DNA of 64,000 nt from Actinomycetes bacterium (GCA_024276495.1 JAJRXC010000013.1:6402-70401); one strand, 5' to 3'. Shown: positions 17,460 through 26,210, counted from the first letter of the stretch. The notes: generated by a model not told the origin, from the letters alone. Numbers and translations are program-made.

Positions 17460-19079
17460 ATGTCCAAGCATCCTGGAGCCGTCGTGAGCGATGCACCACC
17501 ACAACCTCCGGTGTTCGAGACCGTGTCCGGGGTGCCGGTCGACCCGGTCTACGGCAGTGGGCCGCTTCCCGGCGAGTACCCCTTCACCCGGGGCCTCCAT
17601 CCCGATGGGTACCGCTCCCGGCTCTGGACGATGCGGATGTTCGCCGGCTTCGGCACCGCTGAGGACACCAACGCCCGCTTCAAGGAACTTCTCGCCGCCG
17701 GCAGCACCGGCTTGTCGACCGCGTTCGACATGCCCACGCTCATGGGCCGCGACTCCGACAGTCCGTGGGCGCTCGGCGAGGTCGGCCGGGCCGGAGTGGC
17801 CGTCGACACGCTGGCCGACATGGAGGATCTCTTCGCGGGGATCGACCTCGGCGCGGTGTCCACCTCGATGACGATCAACGGCCCGGCCGCGATCCTCCTG
17901 GCCATGTACATCGCGGTCGCCGAAGGCAACGGTGTCGCCCGTGCGGATCTCGCGGGCACGATTCAAAACGACATACTCAAGGAGTACCAGGCCCAAAAGG
18001 AGTACATCTATCCCCCGCGGCCCTCGATGCGCATCGTCACCGATGTCGTGCGGTTCACCACCGCCGAGATGCCGAAGTGGCACGCGATCTCGATCTCCGG
18101 CTACCACATCCGCGAGGCCGGGTCGACGGCCGCCCAGGAGCTCGCCTTCACCCTCGCCAACGGGTTCGCCTATGTCGAAGCGGCGCTCGCAGCCGGGGAG
18201 AACATCGATGATTTCGGACGTCGACTCTCGTTCTTCTTCAACAGCCACGTCGACTTCTTCGAGGAGATCGGGAAGTTCCGGGCCGCCCGTCGGATCTGGG
18301 CCCGATGGATGAAGGAGCGCTACGGCGCGACCGACGAGCGGGCGATGATGTGTCGGTTCCACACACAGACGGCCGGTGTCTCGCTCACCGCTCAGCAGCC
18401 GGAGGTCAACATCGCCCGGGTGGCGACCCAGGCGCTGGCCGCGGTGCTCGGGGGCACCCAGAGCCTGCACACCGACAGCTACGACGAGGCCCTCGCCCTT
18501 CCGAGTGACACCGCGGCCCGCATCGCCTTGCGGACGCAGCAGGTCCTCGCCCACGAGACCGGGGTGACCAATGTCGTCGATCCGCTCGGTGGGTCCCCCT
18601 TTGTCGAGTGGATGACCGACGAGATGGAGCGGCGGGCCGAAGCCGTCTTCGCTCATCTCGACGAGTTGGGTGACGGGTCGATGCTCGAGGGGGTCTACGC
18701 GGGGATCGACGACGGGTACTTCGTCGGGGAGATCGCCGACGCCGCCTACCGCTTCGAGCGTGAGGTGAACGCGAACCGCCGCATCATCGTCGGCGTCAAC
18801 GACTTCACCGACGGCAACGACGATGCCGACCCGGGTCTTCTGCGGATCGACCAGACCACCGAGGAGTACCAACGCAAACGGCTCGACGCGGTGAAGACCG
18901 ATCGGAACCAGGCCGAGGTCGAGGCCGCGCTCGCCCGGGTCACCGCCGACGCCGTCGATTCGACGACGAATCTGATGCCGTCGATCATCGAGGCGGTGAA
19001 GGTCTACGCCACCGAGGAGGAGATCGCGATGGCCCTGGAGTCGGTGTTCGGAACCCATGTGGAGACGGCCATTGTCTGA
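17460..19079 (+). CDS. B12-dependent acyl-CoA mutase, large (substrate-binding) subunit, isobutyryl-CoA-mutase-like
   Basis: Track ORF trimmed to ATG 17460. It shows strong methylmalonyl-CoA-mutase-family similarity (RMFAGFGTAEDTN, GLSTAFDMPTLMGRDSD, ISISGYHIREAGSTAAQELAFTLANG). Phe in RMFAGF and Gln in KEYQAQKEYIYPP match ICM rather than MCM. Confidence 0.85.
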   Translation: MSKHPGAVVSDAPPQPPVFETVSGVPVDPVYGSGPLPGEYPFTRGLHPDGYRSRLWTMRMFAGFGTAEDTNARFKELLAAGSTGLSTAFDMPTLMGRDSDSPWALGEVGRAGVAVDTLADMEDLFAGIDLGAVSTSMTINGPAAILLAMYIAVAEGNGVARADLAGTIQNDILKEYQAQKEYIYPPRPSMRIVTDVVRFTTAEMPKWHAISISGYHIREAGSTAAQELAFTLANGFAYVEAALAAGENIDDFGRRLSFFFNSHVDFFEEIGKFRAARRIWARWMKERYGATDERAMMCRFHTQTAGVSLTAQQPEVNIARVATQALAAVLGGTQSLHTDSYDEALALPSDTAARIALRTQQVLAHETGVTNVVDPLGGSPFVEWMTDEMERRAEAVFAHLDELGDGSMLEGVYAGIDDGYFVGEIADAAYRFEREVNANRRIIVGVNDFTDGNDDADPGLLRIDQTTEEYQRKRLDAVKTDRNQAEVEAALARVTADAVDSTTNLMPSIIEAVKVYATEEEIAMALESVFGTHVETAIV

Positions 19080-19536
19080 AGAAGCCGGGCCTGAAGAAAC
19101 CGGGCCTGAAGAAACCGGGCCTGAAGAAACCGGGCCTGAGGAAACCGGGCCGATTCGGGTCGTGCTGGCGAAGCTCGGGCTCGATGGGCACGATCGGGGG
19201 ATCAAGGTCGTTGCTCGCATGTTGCGCGACGCGGGGATGGAGGTCATCTATCTCGGGCTGCGGCAGTCGACCGACAGCATCGTCGCGGCCGCCGAGCAGG
19301 AGGACGCCGACGCGATAGGCCTGTCGATGCACAACGCCGGCCACCTCACGCTGGGCCCGGCGATGCTCGCGGCCCTCGACGATGCCGGTCTCGACATCCC
19401 GGTGGTGATCGGCGGAATCGTTCCCGAGCCGGATGTGGCGGTGCTGACCCGGGCGGGGGTCGCGGCCGTTCTCGGCCCGGGGGCGTCGGCCGAGGAGGTC
19501 GTCGCCACGGTCCGGCGGGTGGTCGGGCGCCGGTGA
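19057..19536 (+). CDS. cobalamin-binding small subunit of acyl-CoA mutase
   Basis: 159-aa ORF. After the repeat it reads RVVLAKLGLDGHDRGIKVVARMLRDAGMEVIYLG, which contains the DxHxxG B12-binding motif. The exact start is uncertain because it overlaps the large-subunit end. Confidence 0.8.
   Translation: MWRRPLSEEAGPEETGPEETGPEETGPEETGPIRVVLAKLGLDGHDRGIKVVARMLRDAGMEVIYLGLRQSTDSIVAAAEQEDADAIGLSMHNAGHLTLGPAMLAALDDAGLDIPVVIGGIVPEPDVAVLTRAGVAAVLGPGASAEEVVATVRRVVGRR
19078..19152 (+). repeat. 5 x 15-bp tandem repeat (GAAGAAACCGGGCCT), in frame, encoding (EE[A/T]GP)5
   Basis: The units are at 19078, 19093, 19108, 19123 and 19138. The three middle units are identical and the first and last differ by 1-2 nt. 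The repeat starts inside the large-subunit stop codon (19077-19079). Confidence 0.95.
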
Positions 19537-20504
19537 CCGAACCCCTCACGACCGAACATCTCATCGCGCGATCCATCGGGGGTGACCGACGCGCGACCGG
19601 CCGGTTGCTCAGCCTCGTCGAACGGGGTGGTCCCGAGGCCGACCGGATCGCGGAGCTGACCCACGCGGGTGCCGATGCCGGCCGGGTCGTCGGCATCACC
19701 GGGGCCCCGGGTTCGGGGAAGTCGACGATGGTCGCCGCTCTCGTCGCCGCGTTCACCGATGCCGGGGATCGACCCGCGGTCCTTGCCGTCGATCCGTCAT
19801 CGCCGCTGACCGGCGGTGCGATTCTCGGGGATCGGGTGCGGATGGCGGCGGTCGACTCGACGGCCTTCATCCGTTCGGTCGCGACCCGTGGGCATGCCGG
19901 CGGTCTCGCGCTGTCGATTCCCGGTGCGGTGCGGGTCCTCGGTTCAGCGGGGTACACCCCGATCGTGATCGAGACGGTGGGGGTCGGACAGGTCGAGGTC
20001 GATGTCACCGCGGCGGCCGACACGACGGTCGTGGTCGTCACTCCGGGAATGGGCGACGCCGTGCAGGCCAACAAGGCGGGGCTGCTGGAGGTGGCCGACG
20101 TCTTCGTGGTCAACAAGGCCGACCGCCCCGGGGCCGACGACACCCGTCGCGATCTGGAGCTGATGCTGGAGCTCGGTCATGTCACCGGTCAGGAGGATCT
20201 CGGCCATCGTCCCCCGATCGTGATGACGAACTCACTCGACGGCACCGGCATCGAGGCGGTGCGACGGGCGATCATCGCCCACGGCGATCACCTCCGGAGC
20301 TCGGGTCGGCTCGTCGAGCGGCACCGGCGCCGGGCCCGCCTCGAGCTCGCGACGCGAGCCGGACTGCAGTTCGATCATCGCGTGCGACAGGCGCTGGATT
20401 CTCCGGCCATGCGTGCGGCGATCGATGATCTCGCCGCGGGCCGCCTCTCGCCCGGGTCGGCCATGCGGGTCCTCGCACCACTCGTCGACCCGACCGCCCG
20501 ATAG
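19533..20504 (+). CDS. meaB: methylmalonyl-CoA-mutase-associated G3E GTPase (MeaB/ArgK)
   Basis: 323-aa ORF with the P-loop GITGAPGSGKST, ETVGVGQ and VVNKAD. It has a 4-nt overlap with the preceding gene. Confidence 0.85.
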   Translation: MTEPLTTEHLIARSIGGDRRATGRLLSLVERGGPEADRIAELTHAGADAGRVVGITGAPGSGKSTMVAALVAAFTDAGDRPAVLAVDPSSPLTGGAILGDRVRMAAVDSTAFIRSVATRGHAGGLALSIPGAVRVLGSAGYTPIVIETVGVGQVEVDVTAAADTTVVVVTPGMGDAVQANKAGLLEVADVFVVNKADRPGADDTRRDLELMLELGHVTGQEDLGHRPPIVMTNSLDGTGIEAVRRAIIAHGDHLRSSGRLVERHRRRARLELATRAGLQFDHRVRQALDSPAMRAAIDDLAAGRLSPGSAMRVLAPLVDPTAR

Positions 20505-20544
20505 CGCGCGCCGCGCCGGGCGCACCGTGTCACACTGACAGGCC

Positions 20545-21210
20545 ATGAGGGCCCCCGCGAGTGAGCACGCCGAACGTCGGATCGGTGCGTTGACGTGGAG
20601 CCTGGCCGCGGCGAGCACGATCGTGATCGTCGTTCTCATCGCGTTCAGCCTCCTCTTCACCGTTCGCCGCGCCGCGACGCCGACGATGGGCCCGTCGATC
20701 TCCGAAGGCGACTATCTGGTTCTCTCCCCGCTCGACGGCGCACCGAAGCGGGGCGACATCGTGGTGTGGGACGCCACGTTCGGGTCCGGCCCGCGACGAT
20801 CCGTCGTCCACCGGGTGGTCGGTCTGGGCGGTGACCGGTTGGACACGATCGAGGGCACCCTCCGCCGCAACGGCGTCACCCTCGACGAGACGTATCTCGC
20901 GCCGGGAACGACAACGGTGGGCCTGGCGCCGACCGTCGTGCCCGACGGCATGATGTTCGTGCTCGGCGACCGCCGGGAGGTCTCGTTCGATTCCCGCCGG
21001 TTCGGCGCCGTGCCGGTGACGCGGACATCGGGAGTGGTCGCGGCCGTGGGGCCGCCGTGGCATCTGATCCTGGCGGGCGCCGCGGTCCTCACGACGCTCG
21101 CCACGCTGATCTCGTATCTGGTCGGGCGGGCCCGCGTCGTTGCCGCCACCGCTCCAACACCGGCGCCGGTCGTCACTTCGTCGATGCCGGCCGGTCCTCC
21201 CGCCCCGTGA
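20545..21210 (+). CDS. S26-family signal peptidase I homologue with an atypical active site
   Basis: 221-aa ORF. It has an N-terminal TM, GPSISEGD (Ser box), RGDIVVWD, VVHRVVGLGGD (His where box D has Lys), VLGDRREVSFDSRRFG (box E), and a second hydrophobic segment near the C-terminus. Confidence 0.7.
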   Translation: MRAPASEHAERRIGALTWSLAAASTIVIVVLIAFSLLFTVRRAATPTMGPSISEGDYLVLSPLDGAPKRGDIVVWDATFGSGPRRSVVHRVVGLGGDRLDTIEGTLRRNGVTLDETYLAPGTTTVGLAPTVVPDGMMFVLGDRREVSFDSRRFGAVPVTRTSGVVAAVGPPWHLILAGAAVLTTLATLISYLVGRARVVAATAPTPAPVVTSSMPAGPPAP

Positions 21211-22018
21211 GGTCGAGCACCGCCGCGAAGCGTTCGGTCGTGTCGGTCCCCGCGGTCGGGGTGTAGATCACCACGGTCCAGCCGGGGTGGTCGGGGAGCC
21301 CGAGACGATGGTGGTCGAAGACGAGCTCCCCCACCGACTCGTGGCGGAATCGGCGGGTGTGTGAGGAGAACACGGCAACGTCGTGACGGGCCCACGCCGT
21401 GGCGAACTCGGAGTGGGCGGCGCGCAGCTCGTCGGCCAACGCCACGCCCTCGTCGTTGGGGAACTGGGCGACGTGAAGCCGGAACTGATGGGTGAGGCGC
21501 ACGATCTCTTCGTCCCAATCGGTCATGAACGTTCGCAGCGCCGGGGTGTCGAACGTCAGACGAAGGAGGTTGGCCGGACCGTCGATCGTGCCGAGAACGG
21601 GAAAGAGCGCGGTTTCGGCCCGGTTCCAGCAGACGAGGTTCCAGGCGTGGTCGAGCACGTAGGCGGGGTTCGGCTGGAGGCCGTCGACGAGGGTCCGTTG
21701 CGACGGGTCCGACGCCGTCCCCCCGACCGACACGGCCGGGGGCCGAACCCCGGCGAGACCGAAGAGGTGAGTTCGCTCCGCCGTCGAGAGACGGAGTGCG
21801 TCGGCGAGCGCCGAGAGCACCTCGGCGGAGACCCGGTTGGCCCGGCCCTGCTCGAGGCGGGTGAGCCAGGACACGCCGATGTTGGCCAGCACCGCGACTT
21901 CCTCGCGCCGAAGCCCCGCGGTCCGGCGACCCGGCGATGCGGGGAGCCCCACGTCGCCGGGCTGGATCCGCTCGCGGCGGGTGCGGAGGAAGTCCCCGAG
22001 GTCGGCGGCCCGCATCAT
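21173..22018 (-). CDS. MmyB-like helix-turn-helix transcriptional regulator
   Basis: Track ORF 21173..22552 trimmed to ATGATG at 22018. It has LGDFLRTRRERIQP...GLRREEVAVLANIGVSWLTRLEQGR (XRE HTH) and a C-terminal MmyB-type domain. It is divergent from the aminotransferase. Confidence 0.75.
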   Translation of the reverse strand: MMRAADLGDFLRTRRERIQPGDVGLPASPGRRTAGLRREEVAVLANIGVSWLTRLEQGRANRVSAEVLSALADALRLSTAERTHLFGLAGVRPPAVSVGGTASDPSQRTLVDGLQPNPAYVLDHAWNLVCWNRAETALFPVLGTIDGPANLLRLTFDTPALRTFMTDWDEEIVRLTHQFRLHVAQFPNDEGVALADELRAAHSEFATAWARHDVAVFSSHTRRFRHESVGELVFDHHRLGLPDHPGWTVVIYTPTAGTDTTERFAAVLDLTGREDRPASTK

Positions 22019-22091
22019 CGGAAGGTAGCACTGCTGGTACCACCACCGCGGGGGACTTTCCCTTGCGGCTCGGCGCACCGAGAGTGAGGGG

Positions 22092-23237
22092 ATGCAATCG
22101 ATGCTCAGCCGCGCGGCGCAGAACGCGACGACATCGGCCATCCGCGATCTTCTCGAGCACGCGCAGCGGCCCGGCATGATCAGCCTCGCCGGTGGACTGC
22201 CCGACCCGGATCGATTCCCGATCGACCAGCTGGCGGCCGCCAGCGAACGTCTCCTGCGAACCCGGGGGCGAGACGTGCTCCAGTACGGTCTGACGGCCGG
22301 CAACGCCGCCCTGCGCGCCCACATCGTCGAGACGACACCTGCGGCCGACACGATCGACCAGGTGGTGGTCACGACCGGATCGCAGCAGGCCCAACACCTG
22401 ATCGCCCAGGTGTTGCTCGATCCGGGCGACCCGGTGATCGTCGGTGACCCGGAGTATCTCGGTGCCCTCCAGGCGTTTCGATCCCGCGAGGTGCGGCTGT
22501 TGCCGGCAGCCGTGGACCGCGAGGGGATCGACGTCGACGCGATCGAGGCCATGATCGAGGCGGGGGAACGACCGAAGCTCGTCTACACCGTTCCCCACTT
22601 CCACAACCCGAGTGGGACGACGCTGTCGAACCGCCGCCGCGAGCGACTGCTCGAACTGGCCGCACGTCACGGATTCATGGTCGTCTTCGACGACCCGTAC
22701 CGGGAGCTCGGCGAGGTCGGATCCCGGCCGGCGGAAGCCGCCGGTCATCCGATGGCGGTCGAGCTCCGCAGCGTGTCGAAGGTCCTCGCGCCGGGGCTCC
22801 GGGTCGGTTGGATGATCGCACCCCGTTGGTTGTGCGCGGCGGTGGAACGGGCGAAGCAGTCGGCCGACCTCCACACGAGCTCGCTCTCCCAGGCGATCAC
22901 GCTCGGTGCCCTCCAGTCCGGATGGTACGGCGACCACCTCGACGACATCCGCGCCGCGAACGTGGCCAAACGCTACGCCTTGTGCCACGCGCTCCGCGAC
23001 GTTCTCGGGACCCGGCTCGCGTTCGACGAGCCCGCCGGCGGCATGTTCGTCTGGGCCCGATTCACCGATGGAACCGACACGACCTCACTGCTCGAATCGG
23101 CCCTCGGCCGGGGCGTGGCGTTCGTTCCCGGCGCCGCGTTCGCGGTTCATAGCGACCTGCGAACCCATTTGCGCCTGAGCTGGTCCACCGCGGACGTGGC
23201 GTCGCTTCGGGAGGCGGTCGTTCGACTCGTGGGTTGA
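22092..23237 (+). CDS. PLP-dependent aminotransferase, class I/II (2-aminoadipate/LysN-like)
   Basis: 381-aa ORF with SAIRDLLE...ISLAGGLPDP and SVSKVLAPGLRVGW (PLP lysine). Confidence 0.8.
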   Translation: MQSMLSRAAQNATTSAIRDLLEHAQRPGMISLAGGLPDPDRFPIDQLAAASERLLRTRGRDVLQYGLTAGNAALRAHIVETTPAADTIDQVVVTTGSQQAQHLIAQVLLDPGDPVIVGDPEYLGALQAFRSREVRLLPAAVDREGIDVDAIEAMIEAGERPKLVYTVPHFHNPSGTTLSNRRRERLLELAARHGFMVVFDDPYRELGEVGSRPAEAAGHPMAVELRSVSKVLAPGLRVGWMIAPRWLCAAVERAKQSADLHTSSLSQAITLGALQSGWYGDHLDDIRAANVAKRYALCHALRDVLGTRLAFDEPAGGMFVWARFTDGTDTTSLLESALGRGVAFVPGAAFAVHSDLRTHLRLSWSTADVASLREAVVRLVG

Positions 23238-23241
23238 TGCC

Positions 23242-24693
23242 TCAGCCGAGGAGATCCGCGAAGGCCGCCTCGACGCATTCACGAAACGCCTCCGGTTCCT
23301 TGATCGCGACCGGGTCGATGAAGAGCCCGATGTCGAAGGAGTTCCGATACGAGAGCGCGGTGGCGTTGCACGGGGTGCCGGCCAGCGGCCCCATCGTGAC
23401 GCTGTACAACACCTCGGCCCCGCCGATGTAGAGCGGGATCGGTGCCCCCCGGAGGTTCGAGGTCGCGAGGTCGAGCTTCGCGGCCTGGGCCCGCGCGGTA
23501 CGGGTGACGACCGACGTCGGCAGCAGGTTCAAGACCCCCGACAGGGCCGTGATCCCACCCCCGCGTGACGCCGACTCCCGGGCCTCGGCGATGACCTCGC
23601 GGGCCGCGGCCAGCCGCTGCGCCAGCGTCATTGACCCGGCCGGAAGTTGTACGGCGACCGGCGTGAACGCGTTGCCGCCCGCCAGATCGTCGGTGCGGGT
23701 GCTGATGACGAACGAGATGTTGAGGATGTCGAAGGGGGCGTTGCGGTCCTCGTGGTAGCGCACCACCGCGTCGGCCATCACCGCGACGAACGAGTCGTTG
23801 ATGGTGGCACCGGCCGCCTTGCTGGCCGCCTTCAGCTCGTCGAGCGGGACGCGAACCGTCTCGAGATGGCGATGCCGGGATCGCTCGTGGAAGAGGGGTG
23901 CGCCGACGATCCCGTCGCCGGACCCACTGCCGAGTTGTTCGGCGGTCGTGCGAACGAGCGTGGCGACATCCCCGATCGCCTCGGTGGCCCGGGCCGGATC
24001 GGCCGGCCAGATCGCGATCTCGCCGGCCGCTCGCCTCGCGGTGCCGACCGTTCGCCGCAAAAGATGTGACACGGAGTGCGCCGCAGTGGTGGCGAAGCTC
24101 GATCCGAGATCACCACCGGCTTCCTTTTGGGCGAACCCGGCGACCTTGTCGGCCACGATGCGCTCGAGGTCGATCTCCGGGGTCGGCTCGACGTCACGTT
24201 CGAGGTCCTGGAACATCTCCGCCATCCGGAGCTGTCCGATCCCGTCGGAGATCGCGTGGTGAACGATCGTCCACAGGGCGCCCTGTCCGGATTCGAGGCC
24301 CTCGATGACGACCATGCGCCACAGCGGCCGTGTGCGGTCGAGCGGCTCCATGTAGAGCTTCGCCGCGTAGTCGAGCAGCTGACGCTCGGTGCCGGGGGTC
24401 GGGAGCCGCACCACCCGGAAGTGGAAGTCGAAGTCGAACTCGGGATCGGGAACCCACGCCGGGGTGGACAGACGACCGAGGCCGGGTTGCACCCGTTGGT
24501 AGAAGCGGGGAAGGTCGGCCACCGCGGCCCGCATCCGGGCGCGGAGTCGGTCGACGTCGATGGGCCGGTCGAAGACGAACATGCCCGCACCGCTGGGGTT
24601 GAGCCACGGATCCTTCTCGATGTTCCACATGAGCGCTTCGTGCTCGGTCATGCGTTCGGCCGCGTCGACCTCCCGGTGTCGGTGCTCGGTCAT
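23242..24693 (-). CDS. wax ester synthase/diacylglycerol acyltransferase (WS/DGAT) family
   Basis: 483-aa ORF. It has the HHAISDGIG (HHxxxDG) active-site motif and an N-terminal EALMWNIEKDP. Confidence 0.85.
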   Translation of the reverse strand: MTEHRHREVDAAERMTEHEALMWNIEKDPWLNPSGAGMFVFDRPIDVDRLRARMRAAVADLPRFYQRVQPGLGRLSTPAWVPDPEFDFDFHFRVVRLPTPGTERQLLDYAAKLYMEPLDRTRPLWRMVVIEGLESGQGALWTIVHHAISDGIGQLRMAEMFQDLERDVEPTPEIDLERIVADKVAGFAQKEAGGDLGSSFATTAAHSVSHLLRRTVGTARRAAGEIAIWPADPARATEAIGDVATLVRTTAEQLGSGSGDGIVGAPLFHERSRHRHLETVRVPLDELKAASKAAGATINDSFVAVMADAVVRYHEDRNAPFDILNISFVISTRTDDLAGGNAFTPVAVQLPAGSMTLAQRLAAAREVIAEARESASRGGGITALSGVLNLLPTSVVTRTARAQAAKLDLATSNLRGAPIPLYIGGAEVLYSVTMGPLAGTPCNATALSYRNSFDIGLFIDPVAIKEPEAFRECVEAAFADLLG

Positions 24694-26126
24694 GACGCGG
24701 ACGTGTCGGTGCCGGGGCGACGGTTCGCTTCCGCCGCCGGGTCACCCGTGTAGCCGGGCGGGTAGGTCAAGGCGAGCTCCTCCTCGGTCGGGGTGCGGCG
24801 CTCGCGGGCCTCATCGGGGAGCAGATCGACGATCGCCGTCATGATTCGGCGGGTGTCGGCGTCGGGATCGTCGTACTCGAGCGGAACCGGCCCACCGACG
24901 GTTGCCGTGACCAGCGGACGCGAACCGACCGGGAGGCGCGGGAAGCGGGCGCGACGCGGCCAGACGTGTTCGGTCCCCCAGAGGCCGACGGGAATGACCG
25001 GGGCCCGGGTCATCGCCGCGAGCCGGGCGGCACCCCAGCGGCCCTTCAGCTCGGGATCGAAGAACGCGGGACCACGAGGGATCGTGCCTTCGGGGGCCAT
25101 CATCAGGATCTCGCCGCCGCGAAGAGCGGCGGCGGCTGCCTCCAGGGGCTCGTCGGAGCCGGTCCCCCGGTCGACCCGCACGCCGCCGATCCCCTTGAGG
25201 AGCCGACCGATCACGGGAACGTCGAACACTTCCTTCTTTCCGAGGCTGCGCACGGCTCGCCCGGATCTCGCGCTGATGAGCCCCATGACGGCCGGGTCGA
25301 AGTAGGACCGGTGATTGAAGACGAGGATCGCCGGCCCGTCGGCCGGGATGTTGTCGACTCCGTCGATCTGGATGCGGGCGAACGGCTGCAGCTCCTCCCG
25401 CATGAACGGTCGGGCCCAGTCCTGGATCTCGCGGCCGGCGATCTTGATCACGCCGTCGAGCTTGTCGAGGTGTCGGACCGGCCACCCCCGCAGCACGGCG
25501 ACCGCCTGCAGTCGGGGGTCGGGGTTGACAGCCACCGGATTGCCCACCGAGGCCAGCAACGACGCGTCGAAGTAGCTGTCGCTGTAGGCGTAGCTGCGTT
25601 CGAGCGAGATGTCGTTCGCGGCGGCCCATCTCGCGATCGCGTCGGCTTTGGCCCGGCCCCACACGAAAGGACCGTCGAGCTCGCCGGTGTAGACGCCGTC
25701 GGCGGCGCGCCACTTGGTCGCGACGACGGCGTCGAATCCCAGCTTCTCGGCGAGGGGGGCGACCCATGGTTCCGGTGATGTCGTGGCGAGCACGAGGAGG
25801 CGGCCGGCCTCGCGGTGTTCGTCGAAGACCTGGGGGGCGAAGGGTTGGAGCAGGGTGTCGGCGATCTCGGCGGCCGCCCCGTCGGCGCCTTCGGCGACCT
25901 GGGCGATGGACCAGCCCTTGGCAGTGCGGGCGCCCAGCTTCGCGGGCTGCATCATCACCCAGCTCTCGCCGAACTGGTCGTAGAAGCGCAAGAAGGCGTC
26001 GGCGAACGGGATCTCCGGGACGTTGTCGAGACCGGCCGCAGCCAGATGGCGTTGAAACACCGGGGCTGACGACGACGCGATCAGCGTGCGGTCGAGATCG
26101 AAGATTGCGGCGGCACGTCGGGCCAT
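24690..26126 (-). CDS. fusion protein: HAD-IB hydrolase domain + lysophospholipid (PlsC-type) acyltransferase domain
   Basis: 478-aa ORF. It has an N-terminal AIFDLDRTLI (HAD motif I) and a central FNHRSYFDP (HxxxxD) with APEGT (PlsC motifs). It has an ATGA overlap with the WS/DGAT gene. Confidence 0.8.
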   Translation of the reverse strand: MARRAAAIFDLDRTLIASSSAPVFQRHLAAAGLDNVPEIPFADAFLRFYDQFGESWVMMQPAKLGARTAKGWSIAQVAEGADGAAAEIADTLLQPFAPQVFDEHREAGRLLVLATTSPEPWVAPLAEKLGFDAVVATKWRAADGVYTGELDGPFVWGRAKADAIARWAAANDISLERSYAYSDSYFDASLLASVGNPVAVNPDPRLQAVAVLRGWPVRHLDKLDGVIKIAGREIQDWARPFMREELQPFARIQIDGVDNIPADGPAILVFNHRSYFDPAVMGLISARSGRAVRSLGKKEVFDVPVIGRLLKGIGGVRVDRGTGSDEPLEAAAAALRGGEILMMAPEGTIPRGPAFFDPELKGRWGAARLAAMTRAPVIPVGLWGTEHVWPRRARFPRLPVGSRPLVTATVGGPVPLEYDDPDADTRRIMTAIVDLLPDEARERRTPTEEELALTYPPGYTGDPAAEANRRPGTDTSAS

Positions 26127-26193
26127 GACCTACTCCTGCCATTCGGTGTCACCCGGGTCGGGTGCGCACAGTACCCCTGGGCCCGTCATCGTA

Positions 26194-26210
26194 ATGTCAG
26201 TGACTGACAT
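26194..26210. promoter_or_regulatory. candidate TetR operator
   Basis: Perfect 8-1-8 palindrome ATGTCAGT-G-ACTGACAT, 45 bp upstream of the TetR start, in the divergent region shared with the HAD/PlsC gene. Confidence 0.4.

Noticed and set aside
19078-19152. The 15-bp tandem repeat as a CRISPR-like array or intergenic microsatellite
   Set aside because: The units are contiguous with no spacers, only 15 bp long, and in frame with the B12-subunit ORF. No cas genes are present.
17442-19247. 601-aa minus-strand ORF
   Set aside because: It is antisense to the acyl-CoA mutase large subunit, which matches the mutase family along its whole length. It is a shadow ORF.
20712-22988. 758-aa minus-strand ORF spanning several loci
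   Set aside because: It overlaps the S26 peptidase, the MmyB-like regulator (in another frame) and the aminotransferase, all of which have clear family motifs. Its product is Arg/Pro-rich without motifs.
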